64,000 nt of DNA from the NCBI GenBank assembly GCA_030141605.1, contig JAQGDQ010000720.1:43754-107753 (forward strand). Reading direction: 5' to 3'. This DNA comes from Tubiluchus corallicola. Lineage: Eukaryota > Animalia > Priapulida. The translations under genes and the position numbers were made by a program. Shown one piece after another: positions 56,969-64,000 of this stretch (its first letter is position 1; every line of letters starts with the position of its first letter). The notes under the pieces are model-generated. The model was not told where the DNA came from, did no database searches, and saw nothing but the letters and a program-made list of their open reading frames with translations.

Positions 56969-57213
56969 CTGATGCTGATGGCTTCGCGCTTTGCTTTTTA
57001 TGTGATGAAAACTAGTCAGGAGGATATAGCTTGTCATAGAGCGGCATTAATTGTTTATGTTGAACTGTGTTTAATCATGTATTTTCGTTCATTAAAGTCA
57101 TTAATGCTGTTTTGTATCGTTTATCATTGTTACAGAAAATTGTTTATTAATAGTACGACAAATTTTGTACATTTGTAATCACTTTCAAAGCTTTGTAAGA
57201 ATCATTTTCCTGA

Positions 57214-57219
57214 AATAAA
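57214..57219 (+). terminator. EDRF1: Probable EDRF1 polyadenylation signal
   Basis: AATAAA about 245 nt after the stop, followed by GT-rich sequence. Confidence 0.55.
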
Positions 57220-57343
57220 TTATTGTTGATAGAAATTTACTAGTTTGTCGGGTGAATATTAAGCGGCTTGTAATCTAAATTTTTGTGGTAAATTCACTAA
57301 TGCATGTACTCTTCCTGTATTTGTCATCTTGGCCCTTGAGGGT

Positions 57344-58522
57344 CAGGGCCAGCTTTAGGTGCCTTGATACCCTAGGCAGAAGTATTTTTAGCGCCCCCTC
57401 CTCAAAAATCAACCCCCTTTCCCCATTGTCCCCACTAGGGGTGAGCATTCTCTACCAGAAAGCGAATTCGAATCGAATTTGCGACTTTCGAATATGAATC
57501 GAATCGAATTTCAGTATTTCGAATATGAATCGAATTCGAGTTGAGTTTTACAGATATTCGGGCAAGTTTTCGAACCACTAGTAAAAAGTGGTCTTACAAA
57601 GATCATGCATAGTACTTGCAGTAAAACTGCTATTAGTTTGTTAAACATTTTGCACAGAAATTGCAGCTAAATTGCTCTAATTTCATCCTGTTTCAAACAT
57701 TTTAATGATAGAGAACGTATGTGGCTAAAATGCTGAATATTCCAACGTTCGAATGTGTGGTGCTCACCCCTAAACCCTACCACATCCCCTAAGACAGCAT
57801 TTATTTATCGTCATTTATTCTAACAGAGAACATTAGCAACTTTTTTACCTTTTGTTTCCTATATTCTGCTGTTGTAAATTTCGATTTTTAGAGGTTTATA
57901 AACAGCTAATTTGTATGAGGTACATGAGGTACAGACAACCACGTTAGCTGTGATATACTATTTAAGGCTGCACCTCTTCTGTCCACTCACGGTCATTCTA
58001 AGAAATTGTACAAACCATATGCAGGAACTAATTGTAAAAGTTCATTTTTTTCACAAATGGAATAGTTTGCCAAAAGAGTGGTTGGTGCACCGAATTTAAA
58101 CGTTTTTAAGGAGAGATTGCGGGCTTCACGATAGTCATGCTGTAAGAAGCCAAAATTATTATGAAAGATTATTAGATAGATGCTATTGCAAGAAAATTTT
58201 TACATTTATTAATGGAAAGGCCATTACCACAAGCATTTCATTAGCTACCTGCCACCCTATGCATAGTACACGCCATACAATAGAAATTGCAGGCAAAAAG
58301 CTCGAAAACTCATCAGTAATGTCTGCGGCAATTGACAATCTTAGGAAACCAGAAAATAATGCTAGTACTGTACAGTTTGTTTCATTTAATTAAAACTGTC
58401 GTGCACTTAAGCAATTAGAAATACACTATATGTTATTAGTTATGCTAACCTAAAAATTAAAGCATTACATCCAAATCTGGTCCCCAAAAAACTTTGTGTC
58501 TTAGGCAACGGCTTAGTTTGCC
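57344..58522. mobile_element. Nested repeats: hAT-like MITE containing a TAGGGGTGAGCA-TIR MITE (57436-57772) and a CR1-like LINE fragment (about 57970-58120)
   Basis: Outer CAGGGCCAGCT / AGCCAGCCCTG; inner TAGGGGTGAGCA / TGCTCACCCCTA; THGHSKKLYK..WNSLP..FKERL motif. Confidence 0.6.
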
Positions 58523-58929
58523 TAGTGGTAGAGCCAGCCCTGCTTGGGATGTTTTCATAATGCTCCAACGATAAAACGGTAGAATGGTGGTGTGCCTCAC
58601 TTTTAATCTAAACTTTTTCAACTTAAAGAAGCCTGGATGCCTCTGCAGATATCTATAGTCTGGCTATGAACCACATGTCGGTTGTTAACACGTACTTTAT
58701 AAGGCGTCATGTGTCATACGTTTAATTATATTTAAAAAGACTTCGAAAATCTTTGCGGACTGACTGACAAAGTGTTGGCACTTCTTATCTAAATTGCAAT
58801 AGAAAAATGTCTATATGTTAACAGACGGAACCAATGAACTGTAATTTAGATTAGCTCAGTTAGTCTCACTCCCAGTGCTAGACTGATGTGATCAAAGAGA
58901 AAGTTCAATGAACTATTTTAATTTCTTGG

Positions 58930-59212
58930 TGAACAGCAGATGGCGCCACGTCACTAAAGTGGAAGTGATGAATTGATGACGAACATTGAACAACAGAACA
59001 GCTTCCATGAATCGCACATGGTGAAATAGTTTTTTGGATGTGAAGTGATTGTTCCTCGCATATTGGTTTTGTAATTAATTTCTTCGAAAAGAAAGCATTA
59101 GGTACTAATCTTAAGTGTGCAGTCAATTTTCTCCTTGTTTTCGCATTGTATTAATGGGGTAGAGTTTTCGACATCTGACAATAAACAGGCTCATTTAACT
59201 TGTGTGACTTTG
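58930..59212 (+). promoter_or_regulatory. ETF1: Candidate eRF1 promoter and non-coding first exon
   Basis: AGATGGCGCCACGTCAC motif at 58938; donor TTG|GTGAGT at 59213; acceptor TTTCATCTGCAG| at 60401. Confidence 0.45.
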
Positions 59213-60542
59213 GTGAGTTCTGAATTTGTGTTTGCTTTGTGTAGTTAATTTATAAATCGTCGGCTGTTAAGTTACTTAGCTACTGCACTTTCAATTTTGA
59301 TTTCTTATTGTCCTTTTGTGGATGAATTTAAGGTACCTTTATCATCGAATTAAAATGAAACTATGCGGCTCCATGAATTGTAACAATGTAAACGTTTGGT
59401 ACATTGCACATGAAATTTGTGGTAGTTTGTGCCATATTGCAATGTTTGGGTTTCACATGTAATTTAAACATTAATTTCTTAGTTAAGAATATTGTTGTCG
59501 TCTCACCTGCATAACTTTTTTGTCGTTTTGGTGAAAGGGTTTTATGACTATCTTGAAAATTACCGTGTATATCACTTGTGTGCCATGATTGCGCAATACC
59601 ACCACCACGTTGTTTTACAGTAATGTTGTACAGTAAACGTGTGTAAAACCAGTTGAAAATGGCAGGGTAGTAAATGCTTTTTATGTGTTAATCTTTAGAT
59701 GCACGTTCTGCTTGATTGTTGATGTATTACTTGAAGAAGAATAAATTTTAGCAGATCTATCATCCGTCATTAGGATGTTACTCCATTATCATAATTTTTA
59801 TTATAAATTGATATTAACGTGCCTTGTTTATTATATTTTTTGCAGTTAGTTTTGATATATATTTTGCCTTTAATTAACTTTCTAAGCTAATTATTCAAAT
59901 ATAAGGAACAATTGTTAACTTTTATAAGCAAGAAAATGTATATTTTGGAGAATAAATTAAAATGAGATTGAGTCTAAATGATCATCCGGTCTTCCTTCAG
60001 TATTTTAAATTGATTATTGTGTCACTGGTTTTTTTTCTAGTGAAGTGTAGGTGATCTTATAATATTTAATTTTTTGTTGTATTTTCCTCTTATTTTGTGT
60101 TTTATTCATTTATAATTTCTCGTGCAAGTTATTTAAAACGGGATAAATCCTAGTAAAACGTAAAAAACTTAAGTAACTTACTTGTCTTAATTTGGAAATT
60201 ATTTGTCGAATTCTGAAACCACAATTTACCAAATTTTAATACGAAATAGTCCGTGTGTACTATTACGTAATAGGTATTGAAATTACCTATTGGTATTAGG
60301 TATATTGTGTGGCAGCTCACAGTTAAATAAAAGTTTTCTGCATTGTCTTGGTGATTTCATTCTTTTCTAGATTAAAAATTGCTAATTTCTTTCATCTGCA
60401 GGTGCTGCACAGGCAAATAGATAAGGTAGGAAGAACTAGCTGCAGAAGCGAAGGTTTTGGCTAGTCTTACAGAGCGGCATCGCTGGTGCAAGTCGAGGAG
60501 TTGTAAACCGGTCGTTTAGTTGAAGATTCATCTGACAGCTGA

Positions 60543-60677
<135 letters not shown>

Positions 60678-60689
60678 TAGTGCCACTTT

Positions 60690-60955
60690 TAGATTAGCGA
60701 GTTTTGTCTGTGACGGTAAACTCGCTAATGTGAACAGCTTTGTGAGTTACTGTCTAGTGTGAATGCCTCGGTGAGTTACTCTAGACACTTCTCACAATGA
60801 TTAGGGAAGTGAGCATTGTCTCGTGCTTGCTCTCTAATCTGAATTAATGTCTAGTGTGAACGCCTCGGTGAGTTACTCTAGACACTTCTCACGGTGATTA
60901 GAGAAGTGAGCATTGTCTCTCGCAAACATGCTTGCAAATTACTTGTCGAGTTAGT
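60690..60955 (+). mobile_element. Family C MITE fragment with 2 internal units
   Basis: GTCTAGTGTGAA..GAGTTACTCTAGACACTTCTC occurs twice. Confidence 0.65.
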
Positions 60956-61361
60956 TTAGTGCATAACAACGAAACTCGGTGTTTTGAAAGTCTAACAACT
61001 TGGCTATAAAGATTTGCTAGAAGGGAATAAGTTGGTTAAACCATGATTAGCACCGCCCAAGCATAGGTGACCCCAAAATTGCGTGATGAACTTTCTGTCG
61101 CGGGTGAATCTTGGTCGAAACTGGCATTCTTCGGAACAAGCGGAACAAGTTTCGGTTTTTACACAACGATAGTTGCTAAGTAGTTAGCAACTTCGAGACT
61201 TTACAAAAAGGATTCAAGAAAAGAAACTAGTACTTTTCAAAAAAAGCAACTATTTAAAGCAACTTTCTAAAAAACATGTAATTATATTTGTTTACTTTTT
61301 GCAGTTCATCCAGTAATTCTCAGTAATTTGTTCTCTCAGCTAAAATTTCATGTACACGCGT

Positions 61362-62053
61362 TAGCGATGGGCGATTTTGAAATTTTCTAATTCGATTACA
61401 ATCTTGTTCTTGTAAGTTGATATCACGATTAATCTTTTGCAGTATTTTTTTTAGTGTTTTGGCCGTATTTTTTCAAATATTGCAGCTCTGAAATGTAGCG
61501 CATAAACTTCTTCATGGCTTTCATTGGCTTCAATCATTATATCAATGAACATCAAGAATGTAAAAATTAAGCATCCTTCTCCAAATCCTTCTTATACTGG
61601 AAGTAAATAATGCATCACTACCGTATATCGTTCTACATAACAAGTTTTCACTGTTTGAAATTCTAGTATTCAGGCTGTAAATGCTTTTCCTATAAATAAC
61701 ATCAAAGTACACTAATTTATTCATTTTATTCTGCCATTTTCGTACTCGCAAACTATTTTTACAGACACGCACATTCATTAATTACTCTATCACTATGCCA
61801 ACTACACACCGAATTTGAAGCCACAGTTTGCAACACTGTGGTTTGCAATTGTGCGCATTGTGTAATGTGAGGAAAACGAAGAAGAAATATAAGAATTCCG
61901 TTTAATTGTGCTAAAACACTGTCTTTTAGTCATGAATATTTTGCTGTCGATTAATCTAGATTAACTGAATTACTGTTCAATAGCCAATTATATGGATTTA
62001 TACACGGTTGTAATCTCGATTAATTTGATTAATCTATTAATCACTCATCCCTA
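61362..62053. mobile_element. hAT-like MITE
   Basis: TAGCGATGGGCGATT / AATCACTCATCCCTA with subterminal CGATTAA motifs. Confidence 0.5.
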
Positions 62054-62268
62054 ACACAATTAACTAAACTACCTCATATCCTTTCTGTACTTCGCCTCTT
62101 CTATTGAATTATTGACACAAAAGTTACTTTTGTACACAAAGGCTTTACAATTTTACATGCACTTAGCGTGGCCAATGTACGTCTGCTGCATGATTAATCA
62201 TTTTTAGAGGCATAGATTTGATAATAAACAAGCTCTAGTCTCTCGGTAAACATCGGCATTGTTTAACT

Positions 62269-62387
62269 CCGGGGTGTGCAAATTATCTGACTAGCCTGGC
62301 CACATTAAACTTTCCCGCAATTCCTGCGGGCAGTTTGGTCAAGGAGCCAAGTACAGTAGGACCTAATAATGATTTTGCACACCCCTG
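62269..62387. mobile_element. 119-bp family B hAT MITE with 8-bp TSD
   Basis: GTTTAACT|CCGGGGTGTGCAAA...TTTGCACACCCCTG|GTTTAACT. Confidence 0.85.
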
Positions 62388-63257
62388 GTTTAACTTCTTC
62401 AGGATCGTAAGCTTTTGCTGCATTTTGTTCATCAAAACTGCTCTCACTAAGCAGCGATTACATTATATTTGATAAGTTTTATATGTTTCTATTCCTCACA
62501 AAGTGGATTTTCACGCAGAATTACACATTTAAAGCATTTGCTTACCTTAGAAAAACTAAAGATCGATTTTTGACAAAAAGCTTTCAGTAACTGCAGAATT
62601 TGCACTGTAACAATGTACAGTAAAACTTGTGTGAAATCAGCTAATATAGAAAATTTCAACTATCCAGTTCTCAAATCTATTCTATTTTTAATGAGAAATT
62701 CCTGTTAAGAGATAAAATGACCTTAAATTCTCCTTGGCTGATCGGTTGTTTTTCCTGGAACTCTGTATAGCAGACAGTTCTCTTGGGCGGCAGCAAACAA
62801 ACGATCGATAAAATAATGTGTACGATCATGCAAGTGTACACCAGGCAAAGCTACTCAATAAGCTAAATTGGAATGCCTGAAAAGGGCATATTTCTTTTAA
62901 TTGTATCCAATTAAATCACTTATAAATAATTAAACAAGCAGCATGGTTGGATGGCCGAAATTCTCCTGAATAGAACAGTACCTAATTTGTAATCATTTAG
63001 TTATGTCTGTGCTGATACAGTAGCAGAAAAGTCATGAGATCCATTTTGAATGGAGTCAGTGTTGGATTCCATGCTGTTTGCTGGATACCGTGAGCATTCT
63101 GCAAAGTCTGACTAAACTTATACTACATCCACCAGTGAACATACTTTCCTGTGATATATATATGTAATACCCTGCCTCCCTCAGCCCTGTTCTGCAAATT
63201 TCGCTTTTATCGGTTTTGCAAAAAATTGGCGAAATGTCGCTTTCTGGGAGGTTTTGA

Positions 63258-63875
<618 letters not shown>

Positions 63876-64000
63876 TAGCCGTTAGTTTTTTCTGGAAAAC
63901 AAATCTTGCATTTTTGGCTCAGATTTTGTTTGTGTTGCAACAAACTTTGTGGTTGTGGAAGATGATTAAAAATGTTAAAGTTTTGGTTTCATTTCTCATC

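Noticed and set aside
61083-61200. Box C/D snoRNA in the eRF1 intron
   Set aside because: GTGATGA is present but there is no CTGA D box at a suitable distance.

Overview
AT-rich, repeat-dense, intron-rich animal genomic DNA. TTAGGG repeats and the 5S-derived sequence fit an invertebrate, possibly a lophotrochozoan (inference). Four genes are supported. (1) The first coding exon of an unrecognised secreted precursor on the minus strand (2116-2541). (2) HAUS5 (augmin subunit 5) with an intronless CDS (8073-9950). (3) A complete EDRF1 gene that I reconstructed by hand as 24 phase-consistent GT-AG coding exons (12962-56968, 3744 nt, 1247 aa). (4) The first two coding exons of eRF1/ETF1 (60546-60628 and 63680-63855), continuing past the window. 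Introns hold many MITE families (hAT-, Tigger-, Harbinger-, Kolobok-, piggyBac- and CMC-like), LINE remnants, two TTAGGG arrays and more than ten unrelated tandem arrays. The most notable observations are: a TSD-flanked SINE with a 5S rRNA head and a bipartite RTE-LINE body; two adjacent 15-copy satellites amplified in place from one dead LINE; a Harbinger-like MITE whose copies each amplified a different internal segment; a Penelope-type minimal hammerhead ribozyme; a tail-less internal LINE fragment with a 22-bp target duplication; and a 12-bp array running up to an eRF1 splice acceptor. All homology calls come from remembered family motifs, not database searches.
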